Assembly: GCA_963769025.1 (NCBI GenBank)
Contig: CAVYKI010000003.1
Coordinates: 640,001 to 704,000, forward strand
DNA: 64,000 bases
From: an uncultured Verrucomicrobiae bacterium
GTDB lineage: Bacteria > Verrucomicrobiota > Verrucomicrobiia > Chthoniobacterales > Chthoniobacteraceae
Direction: 5' to 3'
Positions 30,658 to 39,278 of this stretch are shown one piece after another. Made by a program: the position numbers and the translations under genes. The notes below the pieces were generated by a model, which worked only from the letters and a program-made list of their open reading frames with translations, did no database searches and had not been told where the DNA came from. The stretch's first letter is position 1. Every line of letters begins with the position of its first letter.

Positions 30658-30760
30658 TCAGTTTTCCTGCCCCGCCGCGTGCACACGCGAGGAAACGTCC
30701 TCCGGTGTTTGCGCCAGCACCGATTCGAAAATGTGGGTTCGTCGCATGGCGCGAATGGTT

Positions 30761-31156
30761 TCAGGCATCCGTCCGCCGGGTCGGCGTCTCTGCGCTGCCG
30801 GCTTTGCGCGCCTTGAAAAGTCCGATCAGCATCGCGATGGATGCGGCCAGCATCAGCGTGATGAGACTCGCCGCGAATTGCTTTTCCGCCTGGCCACCGG
30901 CCACCGCGATCCACCCCGCGCTGGCCCGCCAGACAAAGACGGCCGCCAGCAGGCCGGTGGTCGTCATCGCCGCGGGAAGGCTCCAGCGGGCGCCACGCGC
31001 GCCCATCACGCCCCACAGGATGGAGAGCGCTCCGAACGTGCCGCCGGACATCAGCGCCGTCTTCGCCTTCTCCGGATTCGACAGAAACCCCGCCAACCCC
31101 ATGAGTATCAGGAAGCCGCCGTAAAAAACCAGATAGCCAGCCGTCCTGGCGTTCAT
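30761..31156 (-). CDS. TMEM14-family small membrane protein
   Basis: YGGFLILMGLAGF...AKTALMSGGTFGAL resembles the TMEM14/FAX motif (YG....GG..GY....S..SL..G..FG). Four hydrophobic helices. Confidence 0.65.
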   Translation of the reverse strand: MNARTAGYLVFYGGFLILMGLAGFLSNPEKAKTALMSGGTFGALSILWGVMGARGARWSLPAAMTTTGLLAAVFVWRASAGWIAVAGGQAEKQFAASLITLMLAASIAMLIGLFKARKAGSAETPTRRTDA

Positions 31157-31488
31157 TGCCGCTTCTCCCCCGGCGCCAACGTGCGCCGCTTGTCCACCCG
31201 CCGGGTTTTCCGCTTTCGAAGCTGGCGGGCAAGTTTGTCGCTCACCTTGTCTATCGCGGCGTAAAGGTCGCCGTCCACGTCGGTGGCGTGGATGTCCGGA
31301 CCGGCAATGGCGAGGTGGACCTTCACGCAAAACCTCCCACCGGCGACCGCGCTCTCGTCATGCACGAGGACTACATGCGCTGCGAGGATGCTGCTGGCGA
31401 TGTCCTCGAGACGCATGATTTTCTCCGCGACATAGGCGTGAATGGCGCCGCTGAGGCGGACGTTGCGTGGACTGAGATGGATTTGCAT
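31153..31488 (-). CDS. hpf: Ribosome hibernation factor HPF/RaiA (short form)
   Basis: MQIHLSPRNVRLSGAIHAYVAEKI...DLYAAIDKVSDKLARQLRKRK. Confidence 0.92.
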   Translation of the reverse strand: MQIHLSPRNVRLSGAIHAYVAEKIMRLEDIASSILAAHVVLVHDESAVAGGRFCVKVHLAIAGPDIHATDVDGDLYAAIDKVSDKLARQLRKRKTRRVDKRRTLAPGEKRQ

Positions 31489-31513
31489 GCCGGGTGGATT
31501 TCGAGGGTTTCAG

Positions 31514-32206
31514 CTATTCGCGCCGACCTGTGAGGAGCGGCAGCAGATGTGCAAGGAAGTACACCAGCGAGGTAACGAATGCGGCGACGTAAGTCCATGC
31601 CGCTGCGTCGAGCACCTTGCGGACGCCGAGCGCCTCATCGGCAGTGCCCACGAAGCCCATGCCGCTTAGGATCGCCTTGGCGCGGCGCGAGGCGTCGAAT
31701 TCCACCGGCAGGGTGACGAGGTTGAACAGCATGATGATGCCCCAGGCCACGGCCATGATCATCAGTCCGGTGTAGCCGGAGACGAGGCCGGTCATCATGC
31801 CCAGCAAGGGCAGCCACATCACGATCTGGCTGGCAAAATTCGTGGCGCCCACGGCGGCCATGCGCCATTGCAGCGGCGCATAGGCGATCTGGTGCTGGAT
31901 GGCGTGACCGCATTCGTGCGCCGCGACTCCCAGCGCGGCCGCGGAATCGCCGTGGTAATTCTGCGACGAGAGCACGAGCCGCTTGTGCGTCGGATCGTAG
32001 TGGTCGCCGAGCAACTGCTCGTGTTCGACGATCTCCACATCGTGAATGCCCGCGCGCTCCAGGATCTGCGCGGCGACCTCCGCGCCGCGCACACCCGAGC
32101 TCACGGGCATCTGGCTGTACTGGTGATAGACCCGTTTTACCCGCCACGCAGCTCCGAGCGAGATGGCGAGCGTGAATACGAACAGAAGGATGAAGAGTGG
32201 ACTCAT
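31514..32206 (-). CDS. YugP-like membrane zinc metallopeptidase
   Basis: LGDHYDP, AAHECGHAIQH, VTLPVEFDASRRA, VLDAAAWTYVAA. Confidence 0.92.
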   Translation of the reverse strand: MSPLFILLFVFTLAISLGAAWRVKRVYHQYSQMPVSSGVRGAEVAAQILERAGIHDVEIVEHEQLLGDHYDPTHKRLVLSSQNYHGDSAAALGVAAHECGHAIQHQIAYAPLQWRMAAVGATNFASQIVMWLPLLGMMTGLVSGYTGLMIMAVAWGIIMLFNLVTLPVEFDASRRAKAILSGMGFVGTADEALGVRKVLDAAAWTYVAAFVTSLVYFLAHLLPLLTGRRE

Positions 32207-32234
32207 GGCGGGATGATTCCGCATCCACCCGACT

Positions 32235-32277
32235 TCGACAAATACGATGTTCCTTCCATACCGTTCGTTTTTTTGGA
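32235..32277. promoter_or_regulatory. Two LysR-type T-N11-A boxes in the divergent intergenic region
   Basis: TCGacaaataCGA (32235-32247) and TCGtttttttGGA (32265-32277), 30 nt apart. Confidence 0.55.
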
Positions 32278-32291
32278 AGTCTCCGTCGCGC

Positions 32292-33191
32292 ATGGAATGG
32301 CTCAACTATCATCACCTGATCTACTTCTGGACCGTGGCGAAGGAGGGCAGCCTGAAAAAGGCTGCCGAGAAGCTCCACGTCTCGCAGTCATCCATCTCCG
32401 CGCAGGTCAGCGCCCTGGAATCAGCACTCGGCGAAAAGCTCTTCCGTCCCAGCGGGCGCACGAAGGTGCTCACCGAGATGGGGCGCGTGGTGATGGGTTA
32501 TGCGGAGGACATTTCCTCCCTCGGCCGCGAACTGATGAACACCGTCAAGCACCGCGCCGGCACGCGGCCGATCCGATTCCACATCGGCGTCGCGGACTCG
32601 GTGCCAAAGCAGATCGCCTACGAAATCATCCGGCCTGCCTTTCAGCTCCAGCCTCCGGTGGAGATGGTCTTGCGCGAAGGAAAGGTGGATTCCCTCCTCG
32701 CGATGCTCGCCTCTCAGCGCCTGGACATCGTGCTCGCCGACGAACCCGCGTCGAGCACGCTGAAGTTTAAGACATTCAACCATCCCCTCGGCACCAGCGA
32801 CGTGACTTTTTGCGCAACGCCGGCCCTTACGGCAAAGCTCCGCAGGAATTTCCCGCAGTCACTCCACGGCGCTCCGGCGCTGCTCCCGGCGGAGCACACC
32901 GCTTTCCGGATGGCCTTGGAGACATGGTTCGATTCGCTCGGCATCCGTCCGCGCACGGTCGCTGAATTCGAGGACACCGCCCTGATGAACCCCGCCGCAG
33001 CCGATGGCCTTGGTTTCGTCCCCATCCACACCGTGATCGCGAAGCGGGCCGCCCGGCAAAACGGATGGAAGGTGATCGGCCGGGTCAGCGAATGCACGGG
33101 GCAGTTCTACGCGATCACCGCCGAGCGCAAACTCAAGCACCCGGCCATCGTCGTCATCACCGAGCACGCACAATCCAGACTCTTCGCCTGA
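32292..33191 (+). CDS. nhaR: NhaR-like LysR transcriptional regulator
   Basis: MEWLNYHHLIYFWTVAKEGS, IGVADSVPK, EFEDTALM and FYAITAERKLKHPA, characteristic of the NhaR subfamily. Confidence 0.88.
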   Translation: MEWLNYHHLIYFWTVAKEGSLKKAAEKLHVSQSSISAQVSALESALGEKLFRPSGRTKVLTEMGRVVMGYAEDISSLGRELMNTVKHRAGTRPIRFHIGVADSVPKQIAYEIIRPAFQLQPPVEMVLREGKVDSLLAMLASQRLDIVLADEPASSTLKFKTFNHPLGTSDVTFCATPALTAKLRRNFPQSLHGAPALLPAEHTAFRMALETWFDSLGIRPRTVAEFEDTALMNPAAADGLGFVPIHTVIAKRAARQNGWKVIGRVSECTGQFYAITAERKLKHPAIVVITEHAQSRLFA

Positions 33192-33230
33192 TCCGGATCC
33201 GGACTTTCGCGGCAAAAGCCGGTGTTTCGA

Positions 33231-35391
33231 TCAGAACGAGATTTTCGTCCCGAATACGAAGTTCCGTCCGGGTTCGTTGATGCCGGAGCCGTGGATGCGG
33301 TAGTCCTCGTCGGTGATGTTTTCGCAGGCGGTGTAGAGGTTGAGGTTCTTGCACGGACGCCAGCCGAGGCGCACGGAGCCGATGGCGTAGCCGGGCGTTC
33401 CTCCAGTCGGGATGCGCTCGGTGTCGGTGCGGTCGGAGAGCGAGAGGCGGGACTGCTTCGCCGCGAGGGTCGCGACGCCCTCAGCCCACCATCTTGCGTC
33501 CTCACTTTCCCAGCGGATGCCGAGCTGCGCGGTGAGCGGCTGGATGCGCGAGGAGGGATAAGTGCCGATGCGTGCTGCCGTTGAACTGCTCCGTCTCGCC
33601 CTCGGACCATGTGAAGGTGCCGAACGCCTTCCAGCCGCGCGCGAACATCCACGACACGCCGGCCTCGACGCCCTGCACGTAGCCGTCGCCGCTGTTGATG
33701 CGCTTCACCTCGGGGCTGCCGTCCACGGTCGCGCCGGTGCGGTAGCGGGTGATCTGATCCTCGATCCACATGTGATAGAAGGACGCGTAGAAGCTGACTG
33801 TTTCCGTGGAGACCTTCGTGCCGATCTCGAAGGAGAGATAATGTTCGGGGTCGAGATTCGCCACGGGCGTTTCGATTTCGCCGCTGCGCGCGATGTCGAA
33901 CGACGTGAAGTCGCTGAGGTTTGGCGCGCGGAATCCCTGCGAGAGGCCGGCGAACGATGTTCCACTGTTTCGTCACGTCGTACTGCGCGCGGAGCGAGAA
34001 GGTGAGCGCGTCGAATTGCTCCGTGAAGCTGGCGATGTTGAGCCGGTCCGTCAGGTCGGTATCGATGACGCCGGTGTCCGCCTGCGCCCACGTCCAGCGT
34101 GCGCCGGGGATGAGCTTCAGGCGCTCGCTGATCTTGATTTCATCCTGCACGTAGATGCCGAGCAGGTCGTAGCCGGAGTCGTCGGCGACGGGGCCACGCG
34201 GCTTGATGGAGCGCAGCGAGCCGTTCGCATTCCAGCTCGTGCCCCAGCTCTGCACGAAGTCGTGGTAATACTCGACGCCGTACGACCACAGCCCGACGGA
34301 TGACGGGCTCTCGAAATTCACGAGCACGCCGAGCTGGTCATCGCGGAAGCCGTCCACGTCGCGCCGGCCGGTGCTGCGGATGCGATCCTGTTCCTCGCGC
34401 TGGCTGTGAATGGAGAGCGTGAACGAGGCCTTCGAGAGCCAGTCCGCGATGTCGCGCGACTCGATGCGCATGTAGGCGAGTTCGCGGAGCTGGTCGAAAT
34501 CGCGCCGCTTGTCGGTGCCGACGGTGGTGCCCTCCCAGCTCTTGCCGTAGATCGTCGAGTGCCAGCGCGGCACGTTGTTTTGCTCGTCGCGCTGGAAGGC
34601 GAAGGTCACGTCGGTGTTCTTCGTCGGCCGCCACAGCATGGTGAAATCGCCGCTGATGCCGCCGTAGCCGCTGTTCGACTGCCTGCCGGTGCCGTCGCCC
34701 GCGCGGAGGTCGCCGAAGTCCTTGAACGTCAGCCCGCCCGCGATGCCGAGGTGCGGCGAGAGCGCGAGAGAAAATTCCCCGCGTGCCGTGTGCGAATTTT
34801 CCGCCGTGGCGTAGCGATACTCCATCGAGGCGTGCGCCTCCGGCCCGGTCGCCGCCGTGGATCGCGCCGTCCCGCGGGCTTGTCCTCCGGCCACGAGATG
34901 AGCGGCGGCTTGCGCGGGATCGCATTCACCGTCCCGCCGATCGCGTCGCTCCCGTAGAGCACGGACGAGGGGCCTTTCACCACCTCGATCCGGTCGATCG
35001 TGTACCGATCCATCGTCCCCCAATACTGGTTCGGCCCTTCGCGAAAGACGGCGTTGTTCAGCCGGATGCCATCAATGAGCGCGAGCGTGCGGAAGCCCGT
35101 GAAGCCGCGGATGAACGGCGAAGTCTGCCCGTAGCCGGTGCGCTGGAGCATCACGCCAGGGGTCTCTGCGAGCGCATCGGGAAAGGTCCGCACGTGCCTG
35201 CGCCCGAGGAAATCCGACCCGCCGATGACGTGCGCCGTGTACGGCACGTCGAAGAGCGAAGCCTCCGATCGGGTGGCGGTGATGAGGGTTTCATCGAGGA
35301 TGCTGAGCTTCAGCGGAGCCGCCGGATCCTGCGCGCGCGCGGCGGTGAGGGTGGCGAGACAGGCGATGGTGATGCGAAGTCGAGGCGACAT
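33231..35391 (-). CDS. TonB-dependent receptor; several frameshifts
   Basis: Signal peptide; plug motifs ITATR, PFIRGF, LIDGIRLN, IEVVKGPSSVLYGSDAIGGTVN; barrel strands; C-terminal ENITDEDYR.HGSG..PGRNFVFGTKISF*. Confidence 0.92.
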
Positions 35392-35426
35392 GAAGGGGTG
35401 GTGGGGTTGCAAGGTGTCGCGCCCTT

Positions 35427-35442
35427 AGCCAGAGCTGTGCCA
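35427..35442 (-). promoter_or_regulatory. Putative sigma54 (-24/-12) promoter of the TonB-dependent receptor
   Basis: Minus strand TGGCACagctcTGGCT versus consensus TGGCAC-N5-TTGCW, ~35 nt upstream of the ATG. A GAFTGA activator is encoded next door. Confidence 0.65.
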
Positions 35443-35578
35443 ACGGAAATCGCAAGCGGTTGCATCCACGGCGGCAGGCACTTGGGTGGATTCAGAATTC
35501 CGCCCATCCGACGGGAGGAATAGAAAGTATTCGCCTTGCACCACTTTCAAGAACAGAAAGTGACCGCGCATTTTCCCG

Positions 35579-36955
35579 ATGTCCCGCAGCCTTTCCTCCC
35601 GCCTCGCCCTGCCATTCGTGGCGTTTGTCGCCGTGGGCTCAACCGCACTCGTCGCGTGGGTGCAGTTCGAGGAGACCCGCGAGTCCCGCGCCGCATTCCT
35701 CGCGACGGCAAATGCAAACGCGCAATTTGTCCGCAGCCAGCGCCTGCCCGCGACGGAGCGCACCGCGCAGGCCTTGGGCGAAGTGCTCGGGGTGGAGGCG
35801 TATTTTTGGCGTGGCGGCGATCCGCTGACTGCGGTGCCCGATCCCACCCGGCGGCTCGCCACACCGGAAGGTGCGGCGCTGGCCGAAGCGATGCGCCTCC
35901 CCGCCGGAGCCGTGCGTGCGAGCCACGAAGCGGAAAGCGTGCGGATGCCGATTGATGAACACGCAAGCCTGCTGCTTTTCCGCACCGGGCCGGACGGCGG
36001 CGGGCTTTGGCGGCCGCGCACGTTCGCAGTGCTCGGGGCGTTCTGGCTGCTCTCCGTCGCGCTCGCGTGGGCGCTGGCAAATGGAATTGTCGGCCCGCTG
36101 CGCAGCCTCGCGCAACGCCTCCCGCGCATCGCCGACGACGCCTCCGAGCCCGCGCTGCCGGAGTCCTCCCGGCCCGACGAAATCGGCCAGCTCGCCCGCG
36201 CGTATCTCGAAACTCGCGCCGCGCTCACCGGCGAACGCGCCGCCCGCCAGCAGGCCGAGCGGCTCGCGACGCTCGGGAAAATGGCCACCGGCCTCGCGCA
36301 CGAAATCAACAACCCGGTCACCGCGATCAAGCTCCACGCGCAGCTCCTCGAAGGCGAGACGTCCGCATCGCAGCCGGTGCGCGATTCGCTCGGCATCATC
36401 ATCGCCGAGGCGGCGAAAATCGAGGGCCTCGTGAGCCAGTGGATGTTCCTCGCGCGCCCGCAGCCGCCGCAGACTTCGCGCTGCGACCTCGCGGAAATCG
36501 TCGCCGCCGCCGTCCGCACGCACACACGGCCCGCGGAGCATTCCGGCGTGAAGATCGTGAACGAAACCGCCGCTGGCCTCTGGGTGAATTGCGACGCACG
36601 GCGCATGAGCCAGGCCGTGGGGAATCTCATCATCAACGCCATCCACGCCACCGCCGCGCACGGCGGCACGTTCACCATCCGCAGCCGGGAAAGCACGTAC
36701 ACCTCCGCATTCCGCGAGATCACTTTCACCGACACCGGCCCCGGCTTCAGCGAAGCCGCCCTCGCCCGCCACGCCGAACTGTTCTTCAGCGAAAAGGAAG
36801 GCGGCATGGGCATCGGCCTCAGCGTCACCTCGGAAATCGTCAAAGCCCACGGCGGCGAACTCCGCGTCGAAAATGTCGCCGGCGGCGCACGGGTCACGAT
36901 CCTCATGCCGCGCGCCGGGAATGCGAAATCAGAAATCGGAAATCAGAAATCCTAA
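35579..36955 (+). CDS. HAMP-domain sensor histidine kinase
   Basis: Two TM helices, HAMP (DEIGQLA), H-box LAHEINNP, NLIINA, DTGPG, GMGIGL. Confidence 0.95.
   Translation: MSRSLSSRLALPFVAFVAVGSTALVAWVQFEETRESRAAFLATANANAQFVRSQRLPATERTAQALGEVLGVEAYFWRGGDPLTAVPDPTRRLATPEGAALAEAMRLPAGAVRASHEAESVRMPIDEHASLLLFRTGPDGGGLWRPRTFAVLGAFWLLSVALAWALANGIVGPLRSLAQRLPRIADDASEPALPESSRPDEIGQLARAYLETRAALTGERAARQQAERLATLGKMATGLAHEINNPVTAIKLHAQLLEGETSASQPVRDSLGIIIAEAAKIEGLVSQWMFLARPQPPQTSRCDLAEIVAAAVRTHTRPAEHSGVKIVNETAAGLWVNCDARRMSQAVGNLIINAIHATAAHGGTFTIRSRESTYTSAFREITFTDTGPGFSEAALARHAELFFSEKEGGMGIGLSVTSEIVKAHGGELRVENVAGGARVTILMPRAGNAKSEIGNQKS
36925..36952 (+). repeat. 4x heptamer tandem repeat GAAATCN within the kinase 3' end
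   Basis: GAAATCA GAAATCG GAAATCA GAAATCC, translated as KSEIGNQKS. Confidence 0.8.
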
Positions 36956-38315
36956 ATGGCCGCCGTTCTCATCATCGAAGACGAATCCTCCCTCGCCGCC
37001 GCGCTCGCCCGCGTGTGCCAGCGCCTCGGCTGGCAGGCCGAACTCCGCGCGAGCGGACGCGCCGGACTCGATGCGCTCCGCAGCGGCGAGTTCAGCCTCG
37101 CCATCCTCGACATCGGCCTCCCCGACCTCAGCGGCCTCGATGTGCTCGCGGAAGTCCGCAAGCGCGCCATCCCGATCCCGATCATCGTCATCACCGCGCA
37201 TGGCAAGCTGGAGAACGCCATCGCCGCGCGCCAGCTCGGAGCCGCCGCCTATCTGGTGAAGCCGCTCGATCTGCGCGAGGTCGAGCAAACCATCCGCCAC
37301 GCGATCTCCGCGGCTGCCGCAGGGGAAGGCACGCCCGGTGAGCAAAATCGGGAACCCGAGTTGCTCGGAAGTTCACCGGCGATGCAGCGCGTCTTCCTCG
37401 AGATCGCCCACGCCTGCACGACCGATGCGCCCGTGCTCCTCTCCGGCCCCACCGGCACCGGCAAGACCCTCGCGGCGCAAATCATCCACCGGCACAGCGC
37501 CCGCCGCGCCGCGCCGTTTGTCGCGCTGCATTGCGGCGCCCTGCAGGAGCAGCTCCTCGAAAGCGAACTCTTCGGCCACGAACGCGGTGCATTCACCGGC
37601 GCCGTGACCGACGCGCGCAGGCCATATCGAGCGCGCCCGAGGCGGCACGCTCTTCCTCGACGAGATCGGCGACATCTCGCCCACCGTGCAGGCCAAGCTG
37701 CTGCGCTTCGTCGAGGAGCGCGCCTTCACGCGCGTCGGCGGACGCGAGGACATCCGCGTCGAGCTGCGGCTGATCACCGCGACCAACCGGAACCTCCGCG
37801 AGGAAGTGAAGGCCGGACGTTTCCGCGAGGATCTCTTTTACCGCCTCCATGTCCTGGAGATCGAAATGCCCCCGCTGCGCGAGCGCGCCGCCGACATTCC
37901 CGCCCTCGCCGCGAATTTCCTGCGCTCCGCGCAGCGACCCCTTTCCGCCGCACCCGAGACCCTCGCCATCCTCCAGCGCCACGACTGGCCCGGCAACCTC
38001 CGCGAACTTCGCAACGTCCTCGAATACGCCGCCGCCGTCTGCACCGGCACCGTCATCCTTTCACAGCACCTCCCCCGCGAACTGCGCGAGCAAACGGTCC
38101 GCGACACTTCCCCCGACGCGCGCCTCTCCCCCGTCCTCGCCGGATGGCTCGATGCGCGCCTCGCGGAAAAATCCACCTACCGCGACATGCACGACGCCCT
38201 CGAAGCCCTCGCCCTGCGCCATCTCCTCACGCGTTTCGACGGCAAGCCCACCGTGCTCGCGCGCGAGACAAAAATGAACCGCGTCACGCTGCGGAAGAAG
38301 TTCGCCCGCAAGTAG
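36956..38315 (+). CDS. NtrC-type sigma54-dependent response regulator; frameshift near 37615
   Basis: Receiver (IIEDE, LDIGLPD, KP), GPTGTGKT, ESELFGHERGAFTGA, LFLDEIG, FREDLFYRL, WPGNLREL and a C-terminal HTH. Confidence 0.93.
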
Positions 38316-38362
38316 GTTTTCTCCGCGACGCGTCCTGCCGCCGTCACGCCGGGCGCGCAGCT

Positions 38363-39013
38363 CTACGGCACCGTCACGCGGATGTTGCGGAACCACGTCG
38401 GGTCGCCGTGCTCGGTGAGCATCAGTTTCCCGCGGCCGGGGGCGAACCCCTCCTTGTTCTTGAACTTGCTCTTCGCGATCGCGGCCTTCCACTCGTCGGA
38501 TTTCGTGTCGGCCGAGGAGCAGAGCTTTCCGTTCAGCCAATGCTCGATCTTGCCATCCTTCGCCACGATGCGGCTGCTGTTCCATTCGCCGATCGGCTTG
38601 AGGATCTTGTCCTTCGCGGAATCGATGATGTCGTAAATGCTGCCCGTGTTGTGGCTCCCGCCCTTGAGCCCGTCGGCGTGCTTCTGGTCGTCGATCATCT
38701 GATACTCGATGCCGAGCCACTCCTTGCCGCCAACTTTCGTGACCCAGTATTTGATGCCGTTGTTGCCGCCATCAGCCAGCTTCCAATCCCACTCGAGCAC
38801 GAAATCCGAGTATTCCTTTTCGGAAAGCAGGTTGCCGCCGCCCTTGCCCGCGAGATGAATCACGCCGCCGTCTTCCACGACCCAGCCGGGACCGGGCTTC
38901 TCGCCCTTCGCATCCCGGAAATCGGCGAGCGTGAGCGTGACGGTATCGGCGACGGACCACGCGGAAGCGCAGAGCGCAAATGCCACGGTGAGGAGAAGAC
39001 GGGAGGTTTTCAT
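38363..39013 (-). CDS. DUF1080 family secreted protein
   Basis: WVVEDGG, EYSDFVLEWDWK, NNGIKY, IEYQMIDD, GEWNSSRI, HGDPTWFRNIRV. Confidence 0.9.
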   Translation of the reverse strand: MKTSRLLLTVAFALCASAWSVADTVTLTLADFRDAKGEKPGPGWVVEDGGVIHLAGKGGGNLLSEKEYSDFVLEWDWKLADGGNNGIKYWVTKVGGKEWLGIEYQMIDDQKHADGLKGGSHNTGSIYDIIDSAKDKILKPIGEWNSSRIVAKDGKIEHWLNGKLCSSADTKSDEWKAAIAKSKFKNKEGFAPGRGKLMLTEHGDPTWFRNIRVTVP

Positions 39014-39051
39014 GGAGGAGTGGGTTTGGTATTTGAACGGGGCGCATGCGC

Positions 39052-39119
39052 CCATTTGAGACGCGTCGCGGGAGCGCGAACGTTGCGAGTTTGCCTGCGC
39101 GTGGCGAGTCTCAAAATGG
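39052..39119. repeat. Imperfect inverted repeat (long hairpin) in a divergent intergenic region
   Basis: CCATTTGAGAC...GTCTCAAAATGG arms with inner GCGAAC/GTTTGC pairing. Confidence 0.55.
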
Positions 39120-39278
39120 AGGACGGACGCAGCCGCGCGGCTGTGCGGGCAGCCGTGGAGGGAGGCGGGCCGGCGCTGCTTTGGCTTGTTCCCGCGACAC
39201 CGACGCAGCACGGTTCCTCCGCCCGGCCGCGCCTGCAGCCTGCGCGCCTTTTCATCCTCACTCCATCGACCGAACCCC

